The position numbers and the translations under genes were made by a program. The notes under the pieces are model-generated. The model was not told where the DNA came from. It did not search any database and saw only the letters and a program-made list of their open reading frames with translations. DNA of 52,185 nucleotides, counting the filler, from Stramenopiles sp. TOSAG23-3 (lineage: Eukaryota): NCBI GenBank assembly GCA_900128585.1. It is 4 parts of 4 records of this genome, joined end to end, with 100 filler letters (N's around TTAATTAATTAA, not from the genome) between each part and the next. Parts side by side here need not be neighbours in the genome. Positions count along the whole stretch, not along the records: positions 24,061 to 47,954 come from LT642313.1; positions 48,055 to 50,073 come from LT645151.1; positions 50,174 to 52,185 come from LT645152.1; 1 more part is not named here. One strand, written 5' to 3'. Numbering within the stretch: position 1 is the first letter of the stretch; every line of letters starts with the position of its first letter. Below, piece by piece: positions 43,001-51,381 of the stretch.

Positions 43001-44009
43001 GCTTGGACTCCTGAGATTTTCCCGATGGCCTTTTCCCAGAAGCGTCCCTAGATGGTGCCTTGGTGCCCCGCTTGCCTCTTCCCTGGGCCCTGCCGGTCGA
43101 CCTCTCCTGTAACGTTGGCCTCCCAGGTTTGCCAGCCTTCGCTGGTTTCCGGTCGTTCCGCTGCTGGCCCTTGGCGAGCCGCCCGCGCTGCGGAGCGTGG
43201 CCCTCCTCGTCTCCGCGCGACGGTTTTTTATTCCGTTTTGGCTGCCCACGCCCCCTGGTCAGTGGGTTGTGGTTGTGCTCCGACGCCGCCTCTCGCTCCC
43301 GCTTTGACGCTGCCGTTTCTTGCAGGTAATGCGGTTTCGCTCGTGGTTTGGGCCGACGCTTCTGCCTCTCTGCCGCCTTTGCCTTTTCCATTTCTATTTG
43401 TTCTCTCTGTTCCTGCTCCGCCCGCTCTCTTGCCTTCTGCCGCTTTCGCTGTTCCGCATCTGGTTCAGAAATGTTTTTCGATTTCGATCGTTTTTTCGTT
43501 TTTTCTCTGGTACGGGCGTCTATTTTAGCTTGGGCTTCTTGGATTTTGTCGTGCTCAAACATTTCATGCTCTTCCTTGGAGCCCAGGGCAGCGGTGTATT
43601 CGTGGGCGGCCATGTCTTTTTCCTTCGCACTCAACTCGTTGACTCGGTACCAGTGTACAAAATCCTTGACGGGGCTGACCCTTGCATTTTCGATATCCTT
43701 GATGCAAATAAACTTTACCGGCTCGTCTGAGTCGTCCGTGTCCATGAAAACAAAGTCCCCCGGGTCGTAATCCGTGCCTGGTCGCCAATGCTTTCTGACC
43801 TTTGCTTTAATTTTAGATTTCGAATTAGTTTTGCTCCGTTTCATCTTGGACCTTTTGCGTCGGGTGCGCTTTTGGTTTTCGTCCGGAGGGGTGCTGGCAG
43901 TACTCTCCCGTACCTTTCTGCTCCCCCCCCCACTCGTCGAAGGCTTCCCATCTCGTGGTGGCGTTGCGCCCCACATCAGCGCCCTGGGCTTTTGCTGTTC
44001 CATACTCAA
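40029..44009 (-). CDS. Lys/Arg-rich multidomain protein: CBM5/12-like motif, PDZ domain, EF-hands, coiled coil, poly-Pro
   Basis: HWRPGTDYDPGDFV..FICIKD..P..HW; PDZ-like IVLGKGDIGISF..LKMGDVILKVNSKTV; EF loops DRDCDGTISGVE and DINNDGSIGVLE. Confidence 0.75.
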   Translation of the reverse strand: MSMEQQKPRALMWGATPPRDGKPSTSGGGSRKVRESTASTPPDENQKRTRRKRSKMKRSKTNSKSKIKAKVRKHWRPGTDYDPGDFVFMDTDDSDEPVKFICIKDIENARVSPVKDFVHWYRVNELSAKEKDMAAHEYTAALGSKEEHEMFEHDKIQEAQAKIDARTREKTKKRSKSKNISEPDAEQRKRQKARERAEQEQREQIEMEKAKAAERQKRRPKPRAKPHYLQETAASKREREAASEHNHNPLTRGRGQPKRNKKPSRGDEEGHAPQRGRLAKGQQRNDRKPAKAGKPGRPTLQERSTGRAQGRGKRGTKAPSRDASGKRPSGKSQESKQAPKRPAKKKDEPLATVFTEKTLGDLGKEGTRIVIVLGKGDIGISFDDHFEKGTAHVHHVIRINKRLGLKLLKMGDVILKVNSKTVTGKTMNELGYILENREIPTKLVLRHASENDKLAAEKKKKKHDDVARERLVRERKAMEKRLAMSTQKQKQVERQKENVRNCCFAMLDTSVDAEPLDAYDVQRVIKRLKKYDKSAELPLKNEIKKVIRFIDRDCDGTISGVEIFNFLMHYKDVGPDEKIKLLNKSPFHARLYKMFDVMMRYMKNPPKRSAVARLQREEEEAEERNRTNRENLEKFAKSSQTQRERLLTMKRQKERQLDQLQTFFKRYDINNDGSIGVLEMRGIIYEMKQLNPTKVMPTSKTDLEGLIRIMNRNTGRGGEGRVGEEDLYRWIANEIARPAELRKAMKKSSEFNKRVMHLAETIMEWLRAPQKNSAPARLSMEELKRIHREENKPITQRQGMVILRMKERQEEAEKRRKDAYNKKHRSLRDKRREIAEQEAAAKLAVEKRLEKAKMRQQKRAAANARKAIELKNKRNSELEKTIADAEEKEGQEWKTRTRQPRYKDRRKLRRANMKKRSVGQKEAKGEETSPSSGRKYNVLSPTLVRDRNVAIPLPPPSAGPDMQLQRFELPNQNTAGQDWSWDFYGALAQSLLPAPSERTAVSGPAPPPPPPPPLLPPPNTMPPQSTLPPGIAARRNAELEKYQNTADRNWENNFYGMLADTCSEKDKWDRELQDEYVGSDTETSPSEDIQVRMTPMSRHEDFVRDDYRGDFIKAEKEFLPSDSNFSRASTSKEQPDNKDAQGAPPLENRRVQKGHSDAKHTKSIEPKAAEASNDSEEDEGDYFRNMFLNPMKKYYNPRQDLEMSSKEQAMLPVEEQRRSPSPHPKTESMYQEGKKVVRPKSAEINKIREDSPTTASISQQVPHQRAPTHETIPTVLKPEPAAATNPGDIGSATETHQKEEGAGPPVLDGYVLFHEGVPVMVWESKE

Positions 44010-44245
44010 GTGTCAACCTTCAATCCTTCCTTTCACCGAACCATTGTCAATCATTGGCCGTTCGTACTGGCATTCTAAATCAACGAATAAGAGTGTGGGT
44101 CGATCATTAGTTCATACATGCATTCATTAATTAATAATATTCAAATTTATTGAAAGAAACTCTGGTACATCTAAAATAGATCTAGTCGTCGTCGAACAGA
44201 AAAAGAAGGAAAACAATGAAGAAGAAAAAAGTTCAAACATCCATT

Positions 44246-44281
<36 letters not shown>

Positions 44282-44439
44282 TTTCGATCATTGATTTTCT
44301 TATTTCATAATGAATACATTTCTTTTACATACCAATAAGTTTAAAAAAGTCGATCATATTTTGTTGTTCCTAACTCGATACCTCGATCGTTCAATAATCG
44401 ATCGATCGATCGATTATTTCAGGGCTCAGGGCTTGAGAG

Positions 44440-44662
44440 ACAAACTAATCTAAATTAAGGCAATATGTCCATTCATAATAATATATGCTATGTTTATATA
44501 AAAGAGGTATACTTTATATAATTTATTAATTCTATTTACTTATAATTTAATATCATTTCTAATAAATCATCTAAATAACTATATCTACAATGGATTTATC
44601 AAAACAAAAAGTCTTACTCCATTATCTTTAAGAAACACATCTCCTTAATTTCATGACTTTCT
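44440..44662 (-). mobile_element. MITE-like element family C, copy 2
   Basis: Homologous to 35424-35645 in inverted orientation; ends ACAAACTAATCTAAATTAAGG / CCTTAATTTCATGACTTTCT. Confidence 0.6.
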
Positions 44663-44876
44663 GTATTTTCTGTTAATTGCTTTGTGCTTTGTGCTATTTT
44701 TATACTTTTTCGTTTTATTATTATTTTTTATATAATACATAGCTATATAATTTAGTACTTAAAAATAATTTAGTATACGGAATTAGTTATATCTCAAGAT
44801 CCCAAGATAATTCGTTGAAACCAAAGTCAAATCTCTAAATTATATATACACAGCATGTAATCTAAATTTCAACTGA

Positions 44877-44904
44877 TTCTTTCTTTTCTTTCTTTCTTTT
44901 CTTT

Positions 44905-44944
<40 letters not shown>

Positions 44945-45066
44945 TTCTTTCTTTCTTTCTTTTCTTTCTTTTCTTTCTTTCTTTCTTTTTTTTCTTTCTT
45001 TCTTTCTTTCTTTCGACTCTTTCTTTCGACTCTTTCTTTCTTTCGACTCTTTCTTTCTTTCTTCTT
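44877..45066 (+). repeat. (CTTT)n-type polypyrimidine tract
   Basis: Direct reading; includes a duplicated CTTTCGACTCTTT unit. Confidence 0.9.
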
Positions 45067-45545
45067 AAAATTAATTTAAGAATATATATAGACACAGCAC
45101 TGAATTTATTGAAAAACTGTTCAGTTAAGTGATATATAAAAAGTATATAGAAATAGTATTGGTGTAACGATCTTTGGAGAATTGGATAAAATTAATACAA
45201 TGTATACTTAAGAAGAAGAAAAGAATACGATAATATCCACCTATATAATATATAACCAAATCAAAAAAAAAGGAAAGAAATAATTTCAATTTTCATTCAA
45301 CAATTTTCAATGATCAATGATCCAATTTCAATTTTCAATTTAAAGACCGTTTCCAATGATCACAGATATATATTTGATGTGTACACGAATGAGGGACTAT
45401 GTGAATGAATGTAAAGAGAGGCTTTTATTTTTGCTTTTTTTTCTCTCGTACATTTATTTAATTGGGCAACACGACCATTAAAATTTTAAAAGCGGAACAG
45501 GTAAAGGAGGAGGGAAAGGGCTTGTTTTAGAAAGGATTTCCATTT

Positions 45546-47705
45546 ATGGACGATCATCCCAACGCGTTACCGACCCGGTCGTCGCGTGCGATAGAATTGA
45601 ATATATCGTTGCAAGAGGTGCTGACGAGCCGGGCCTCGCGCCTCAGCAAAGCGGAGAGTGTGCTGGGCACATTAAAGCTGGTCGCGGACGAGGTGGGGGT
45701 ATACGGGCACATTTTGCAGAACGCCCACAGAATGCTCCATGACTTTATCTTTTGCAATACCGAATATAGTGTCGTGGTGCCGCCGGAAAAAGTCAAAACG
45801 ATGGCAAAACTCCATGCAAGGGCGGAACGATACGGCGACTCGGCGCGGCCCCGGTCTAAAGTGGGGGGGGGGCACCGTCGTAACCCGTCGTCGGGCAAAG
45901 CAGACTCCCTGAAGGCAACGCTGGGAAAACTTCACAACAAGCCGTACTTTGAATTGGTAGAAGACCTGACCGTGAACCTTGAAACGACCGTCAGAGAAGT
46001 CGACAGGACGAAAGAGATGCTGGACGTTGCGCTGGAACAGCGCCAAATGGTTCTTGCGGAGAAAGACACGCTCTACCGCAAGCTCACGGCCGCCCGCCAC
46101 GAACGGGACAAGGACCGTGCCATCGTGCAAGAGCTTAGGAAAGAGCTGCAGGAGGAACGGCGCGAGGCTGCGGAGAAAAACGAAGAAACCATCCGCGGCC
46201 AGGCCCTGGTGAACCGGGAAATCATCACGATGCAATCGATACTCGCTCGAAACAAAGATCACATAAAGCAGCTCGAGCAGTACCGTGCAAAGGTGGAAGG
46301 GGTACGAGTAACGTTTAAAATGTTCGGCAACGAAGGGTCGGGGGATTACCAAAAATACATTGAGCCGAAGCGAAGTATCGCGGAAATAGAAATGCTCGCG
46401 CTCCAGCTGAAGAAGCTGTACGACGACAAGCTGGCCCAGTTCGAGGAAGTACGGTGGGACAGTACCAAGGTTCCAGAATACAAATGGCACGCCGCAGTCG
46501 AGTTTGGGGGCAGCGTCACCACCATCAACAATGAAATGGGGGAACTTCGGGACCTTCTCCCGACCTTGGGGACTGCATCCGCCGACGAAAAGGCCAAGTT
46601 GGAGGCAGAAGGAAAGAACATTCACGAGAGCGGGTCGGCAAAGGCGTCGCGCAAGAATTCAGCGCAGAGGGAAGATGTATTTGGCCTCAATTGGGAGCAC
46701 CCAGTACCCAGCATGCACCGGGTCAATACGGAGATGCTGAAGATTTTTCAGGAAGCCTACAGCACCCCGGACTTTACCATCGTCAGTGCAAAGAAAGGAA
46801 TGGCTGGAGGGACGAACTACGAAAAATACATGCCCACCCAAGACTTTGTGGAGCAACATTTCATAGCGTGCTATGGTGGAAACGAGGAGACTGGTCACCG
46901 CGCGTTTCGTGCGTACGCGGCAGGGTTGAAAGAGCACAAGGATTCGTCCAACCTCCTTAGGATCTTCCACAACGCACTGGTCGCAAACGGGTGCTCTCAT
47001 ACGTGGAGGGCCGCGCTAGAAACAAAGCGAGTTTTAGACGAGTGCGAAGAATTTATCGACTTTTCCGAGGTCCAGCAACGGCGTCAATTTCTAAAAAAGC
47101 TGTATGTTGGCGACGTTCCCGTGTCCGACATATTCCAGTTGATTGATCGGGGCAATGCGGCATACACCTCAATCGCAATCCGCATCGCCGAGGCGGAAAA
47201 TCCGGACGCGAACCTCGTAAAAACGCCGAAAGATATCATGCTTGAGTGGATTTGCGGCATGCTAGTGGGCCACGACGAGCCACGCGTGAAGTCCCTGCAA
47301 CGCGAACTCGTAGACCGCGACTTGTCCATGAAAGGCGCGATGCGGTTGGAAACTTTCCAGGATGCTTGTTTGGCGTTGCTTCCCGGCACGGTCGAAAGGA
47401 GGGACATCACCCGTCATTTTAGATCAATGGCCTACGAATCTATGACAGAACACTTTGGCGCCGTCAACCCCGACACCGGGGAGTCCGGCGCGTTTGCCAG
47501 GCTCATGGCCCGGCCTGTTAAATTGAGTCTGCTCGCGAGTGCTCTCAATCTGTTGAAATTAAACGTTACCAAAATCCACCCTCCTGAAAACTCTAATCGA
47601 GCAAAGCATGGGGGGGTCCTGGTTTCAGCCAATGAAGAGAAATTAGAAAACGCCATTGAAAAGATTTCCAACGTAGCAACCGCGGGCGGGTTCGGGTACA
47701 ATTAA
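45546..47705 (+). CDS. Coiled-coil protein, possibly TSNAXIP1-like with a degenerate EF-hand
   Basis: 719-aa ATG ORF; N-terminal coiled coil; DFVEQHFIACYGG..LLRIFHNAL helical block; DRDLSMKGAMRLETF EF-like loop; family call is weak. Confidence 0.65.
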   Translation: MDDHPNALPTRSSRAIELNISLQEVLTSRASRLSKAESVLGTLKLVADEVGVYGHILQNAHRMLHDFIFCNTEYSVVVPPEKVKTMAKLHARAERYGDSARPRSKVGGGHRRNPSSGKADSLKATLGKLHNKPYFELVEDLTVNLETTVREVDRTKEMLDVALEQRQMVLAEKDTLYRKLTAARHERDKDRAIVQELRKELQEERREAAEKNEETIRGQALVNREIITMQSILARNKDHIKQLEQYRAKVEGVRVTFKMFGNEGSGDYQKYIEPKRSIAEIEMLALQLKKLYDDKLAQFEEVRWDSTKVPEYKWHAAVEFGGSVTTINNEMGELRDLLPTLGTASADEKAKLEAEGKNIHESGSAKASRKNSAQREDVFGLNWEHPVPSMHRVNTEMLKIFQEAYSTPDFTIVSAKKGMAGGTNYEKYMPTQDFVEQHFIACYGGNEETGHRAFRAYAAGLKEHKDSSNLLRIFHNALVANGCSHTWRAALETKRVLDECEEFIDFSEVQQRRQFLKKLYVGDVPVSDIFQLIDRGNAAYTSIAIRIAEAENPDANLVKTPKDIMLEWICGMLVGHDEPRVKSLQRELVDRDLSMKGAMRLETFQDACLALLPGTVERRDITRHFRSMAYESMTEHFGAVNPDTGESGAFARLMARPVKLSLLASALNLLKLNVTKIHPPENSNRAKHGGVLVSANEEKLENAIEKISNVATAGGFGYN

Positions 47706-48127
47706 AAGTAGGAGGGGGCCTATTCGTAAATTGAAAAAGAATCACAAACACGGAATCTGTGATCAATTAATAATTTACTGAAAATAAAAAGAGAGAGATA
47801 AAAATTGGAAGTAATTTATAAATATAATAAACAAAATAGAGGAGAGGAATGAATTGGGAATTGAACTTTGCCATGCATAGTGTTATATGTTAGGGTTTAA
47901 AGGGGCGTTTCATCTTCTTTTTTTAAAAATAGATTATTTAAATGTTATTAAATANNNNNNNNNNNNNNNNNNNNNNNNNNNNNNNNNNNNNNNNNNNNTT
48001 AATTAATTAANNNNNNNNNNNNNNNNNNNNNNNNNNNNNNNNNNNNNNNNNNNNTTAATATTACCCATAAACTTATCGCATAGCATGTAAATTATCACAT
48101 CCTTTTCAGGCGTCAGGAAACCTCTCT

Positions 48128-50068
48128 TCAAAACCCTTGTTTAAGACTCATCAAGCTAGTTATTGTGCTTTCGTGAGCATCGCTATAGCATCCCAGCTGG
48201 CGAATATGCGGCTTATGGTTCACGTCTATCCCCCAGAGCTTGATGCCTTTGAACTGACCACTGCTTGCGAGCCCGTCCACTCCAGTGTCCAAGCGGAGAG
48301 GAATCGTGTCGGTGACGTACCCTCGGTGCGCAAGGCGTTTGTAGTTCTGATCGCCTTCTGCTACCCTTGCAGCCTTTCTACTCCTATACTCACCTTCCCA
48401 CATTCGGTTTGCTTTCGTCAAATATTCTGGCTCTTTCACGGAAGGAAGATGGCCGTCCCCACCACGTCGGTAGTATGCCGCAAGCTCTGTCTCGTACTGG
48501 GATGAATAAAATGTACGCTCATCGGAGTCTTTTCTGTCGCTGCAATCGCCTACCACACGCCATGTTCTGATATCAAACACACGGATCCAACCCCCAATGT
48601 TTTCGGACGAGCCGGCCATCGAGTCCAGAGGAATCCCTCCCCCCGCGGTCAACCAACTCCCGGTTGCCGATCCGCCAACACCCCCCCAGCACACGGACAG
48701 GACAGGGGAACCACAGTACAATGTCTTAACTTTTCCACCAAACTTTGCTCGGGGATCCCAAATTCTCACGGTTTCGTCGTCACTGCCGCTCGCCAGCAGC
48801 GTTGTGCCGGCCAATTTCGTCTCCTGGAAAATTCTCGACTCCGACCACGAAAGGCATCGAACGGCGTAGGAGTGCCCTTCCAACTGTTGTAAAGGGTCTT
48901 CCGGGCGGTTTATGTCCCACAAATTTATGTTCCAATCCGAGGATCCAGATGCTAGCCATACGGACCCCTCGCGTCCTTTCAAATCGCAGCAGTTTACAAA
49001 ATCTCGATGGCCTTTGCCTTCGTCTCCCGTCTCTCCCCCCTCGAAGACTGCGGCGCACTCCCACCCGGCCTCTCCCCCGGACTTCGTCTTCCATAAGCGC
49101 AGACTGTGGTCACGCGACCCAGAAACAAAAATAGGCGTGAGATGGTCCCCAACTGCTGCGGCCGAGAGGCCACGCACGCAGTTCACCCAGTCCCGGTGGC
49201 CCGGCAAGGTCTGCGTAATTTTCCAAGGCCCTCCCGTATCCCTTTCCCCCCCTTTTCGTGGTAGCTCCCGCTGCCATAACTTGACCAGGTTGTCCCTGGA
49301 TCCGGTGGCAATCACGGCCTTGTAGGTGGTGAGGCCGGTAGGTTGAACGACATGCGCGGCGCACGTGATCTGATCTTCATGAGCGCCATCCACTTGGCTA
49401 ATTTCTTCCGGGCGATAACTGTACAAATGTTCCGTGGGAACGTTCGACCATTGAAACATGACCCCTTCCGAGCGAATCCCCGTTTTGGTCGCCCCTGTGC
49501 TAAACAACATGTCTGGCGAGTTTGACAATGCCTTCGACACACTCGCAATGACCGGGGTGGACGTGACGAACGCTTTCCCGGCCCCCGCGCTGCCCTCGGA
49601 GCTTGTACCCCCTGCGGCACCTTTCGGGTCTGCAGCAGCAGGCTTCAACTCTGGCGTGCTGAAGAACTTGCCAGAGGACTTTTCCTCTGGCCCTAGAACG
49701 TTGCTCTTTGCTAAATCGCTTGCATAAAGAGCTGCTGTGCGCTGCTCTTCCTCTTTTAATTGTTCGCTTAAATACGGATTCCTTTCCAGTATGTCATGAA
49801 TTGCTTTCCGGAGTGAGATGTTGGGCACAAGGGTCTCGTTCGAGAACACGCTCCCACTCATAGGACTTTTCACCATCCCTGACATACCATTCTTGTTGCA
49901 AGTTTCAAACCATTCTTCGATGGACTTTCTTTCGTACGTATGCCCGTCACTGGCCAGCACTGGATCCCGCATAAGAGTTTTTGATATTGGGCAAAGGAGC
50001 CCGTCGATATCGGAAATAGACGACAAACTCCCTTTCCGTGTGCTGGCCCCTTTCGCCAAGGACGCCAT
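48128..50068 (-). CDS. U-box + WD40 repeat protein (putative E3 ubiquitin ligase)
   Basis: LLCPISKTLMRDPVLASDGHTYERKSIEEWF..SPMSG..LVPNISLR; WD repeats GHRDWVNCV, GHRDFVNCC, GHSYAVRCL, SGSDDETVRIWD; start lies 5 nt from a gap. Confidence 0.9.
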   Translation of the reverse strand: MASLAKGASTRKGSLSSISDIDGLLCPISKTLMRDPVLASDGHTYERKSIEEWFETCNKNGMSGMVKSPMSGSVFSNETLVPNISLRKAIHDILERNPYLSEQLKEEEQRTAALYASDLAKSNVLGPEEKSSGKFFSTPELKPAAADPKGAAGGTSSEGSAGAGKAFVTSTPVIASVSKALSNSPDMLFSTGATKTGIRSEGVMFQWSNVPTEHLYSYRPEEISQVDGAHEDQITCAAHVVQPTGLTTYKAVIATGSRDNLVKLWQRELPRKGGERDTGGPWKITQTLPGHRDWVNCVRGLSAAAVGDHLTPIFVSGSRDHSLRLWKTKSGGEAGWECAAVFEGGETGDEGKGHRDFVNCCDLKGREGSVWLASGSSDWNINLWDINRPEDPLQQLEGHSYAVRCLSWSESRIFQETKLAGTTLLASGSDDETVRIWDPRAKFGGKVKTLYCGSPVLSVCWGGVGGSATGSWLTAGGGIPLDSMAGSSENIGGWIRVFDIRTWRVVGDCSDRKDSDERTFYSSQYETELAAYYRRGGDGHLPSVKEPEYLTKANRMWEGEYRSRKAARVAEGDQNYKRLAHRGYVTDTIPLRLDTGVDGLASSGQFKGIKLWGIDVNHKPHIRQLGCYSDAHESTITSLMSLKQGF

Positions 50069-50174
50069 TCGCGNNNNNNNNNNNNNNNNNNNNNNNNNNN
50101 NNNNNNNNNNNNNNNNNTTAATTAATTAANNNNNNNNNNNNNNNNNNNNNNNNNNNNNNNNNNNNNNNNNNNNA

Positions 50175-50957
50175 ATCAACACAGGAGGAGGAAAAATAGA
50201 GACCAAGGGCCAAACGAAAATTAGTGCTGTTGACTTTTGCGACGCGATAAGAGGCCTTCGGGCGATTGGTGGGGCCATTTCAAAGGACATCAAAGGGGCA
50301 ATATTGCACGAACTGGACAAAGTTGACGATATCGCTCGTGAGATAGGTGCCGTGAACACTGTCGTTCGGGAAAACAATGCGTTGGTGGGCTACAACACTG
50401 ATGCGGAAGGATTTCGGGTCGCCATAGAGCAGGGGATCCGATCATACAGCGCCCAAAATGCGCTGGGAGTTTTGAACACTGCACGAAGGGAGGGCATGCA
50501 CGTTAAGAGTGCAGTATGCTACGGTTACGGCGGCGTTACTAGTGTCGTAGCGGCAGTATTGAAAAGTATGGGGATTGAAGTTTTTATTACTGGCCGACGC
50601 CCCGATGCTGCCCAAACTCGAGCCGAAGAGTTGGGCGTCGAAGTATTTGACTCCAAGCGCCACTCGCCAGATTTGTTTGTAAATGCTGCACCAGTAACAG
50701 ATATGCCGCTTGCAACGATTCCCAATTTCTTACCGGCGTTGGAAAAGTGTCGTCTTGCATTTGATCATGAGCTTGTGGGGAAAGAGTTGGTGAAGTATTG
50801 CACGGAAAAGGGCATCTTTCATATTCCGGGGAAGACCATGTATTGGCCGCAAATGGTGGCACAGTGGAAACTATTTTTGAAAGCGCATGTTTCCGATGAA
50901 GACCTAAAAGCGATGCAGGCGCGGCTTGAGACGGCGGACAAAATGGCCTTGTTGTGA
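50175..50957 (+). CDS. Shikimate dehydrogenase family protein (5' truncated by gap)
   Basis: LDKVDDIAREIGAVNTV..GYNTDAEGF; Gly loop YGYGGV; VNAAPV; frame open from 50175. Confidence 0.8.
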   Translation: MNTGGGKIETKGQTKISAVDFCDAIRGLRAIGGAISKDIKGAILHELDKVDDIAREIGAVNTVVRENNALVGYNTDAEGFRVAIEQGIRSYSAQNALGVLNTARREGMHVKSAVCYGYGGVTSVVAAVLKSMGIEVFITGRRPDAAQTRAEELGVEVFDSKRHSPDLFVNAAPVTDMPLATIPNFLPALEKCRLAFDHELVGKELVKYCTEKGIFHIPGKTMYWPQMVAQWKLFLKAHVSDEDLKAMQARLETADKMALL

Positions 50958-51122
50958 CACTGATCGGCACAGAAGGTGGTTTTAATAAGACTTGATAAAT
51001 TACAAATCCCCCAAGTTTTAGTTTAAACCACGAAACAATGGCTTACGTGTGGTTGATTTGTTTTCATTTGGAAGCATTGATAATCCATCTACCGATTCAG
51101 GTCATGAATGGAGCGATTAGTA

Positions 51123-51250
51123 AAACCACAAGAGCAAAGATAAGTTCGCAGTACTAATGAAGGAAATGTAAACCTTGAATGTCTAAATTTAGAGTTCAGT
51201 TCGCAGTACATTAATTTTAATATTACTTAAATAACAGCCAATTTTCTTGT
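51123..51250 (+). repeat. Dispersed repeat family A, longest copy, with two internal AGTTCGCAGTAC units
   Basis: Units at 51143-51154 and 51198-51209; shares its left part with 26711-26750 and its right part with 39870-39950. Confidence 0.9.
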
Positions 51251-51381
51251 GTGTTAATTTATTTAGTGACACCGTACACATGTATCTCTACTAAGCATAC
51301 TTCCTGTTTAAAACAAATTTAGTAATACTGATGATATTTGCAGACGCGAGAAGATGATTCCAATGATTGATGATGAAGTTT

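Noticed and set aside
48128-50957. Apparent tight head-to-head U-box/WD40 and shikimate dehydrogenase pair
   Set aside because: Separated by an artificial join; adjacency and distance are unknown. The same applies to DNMT5 and the Cys-rich gene
51143-51209. Two AGTTCGCAGTAC units with a spacer, CRISPR- or tRNA-like
   Set aside because: Only two 12-nt units, no cas genes, no cloverleaf; treated as part of repeat family A
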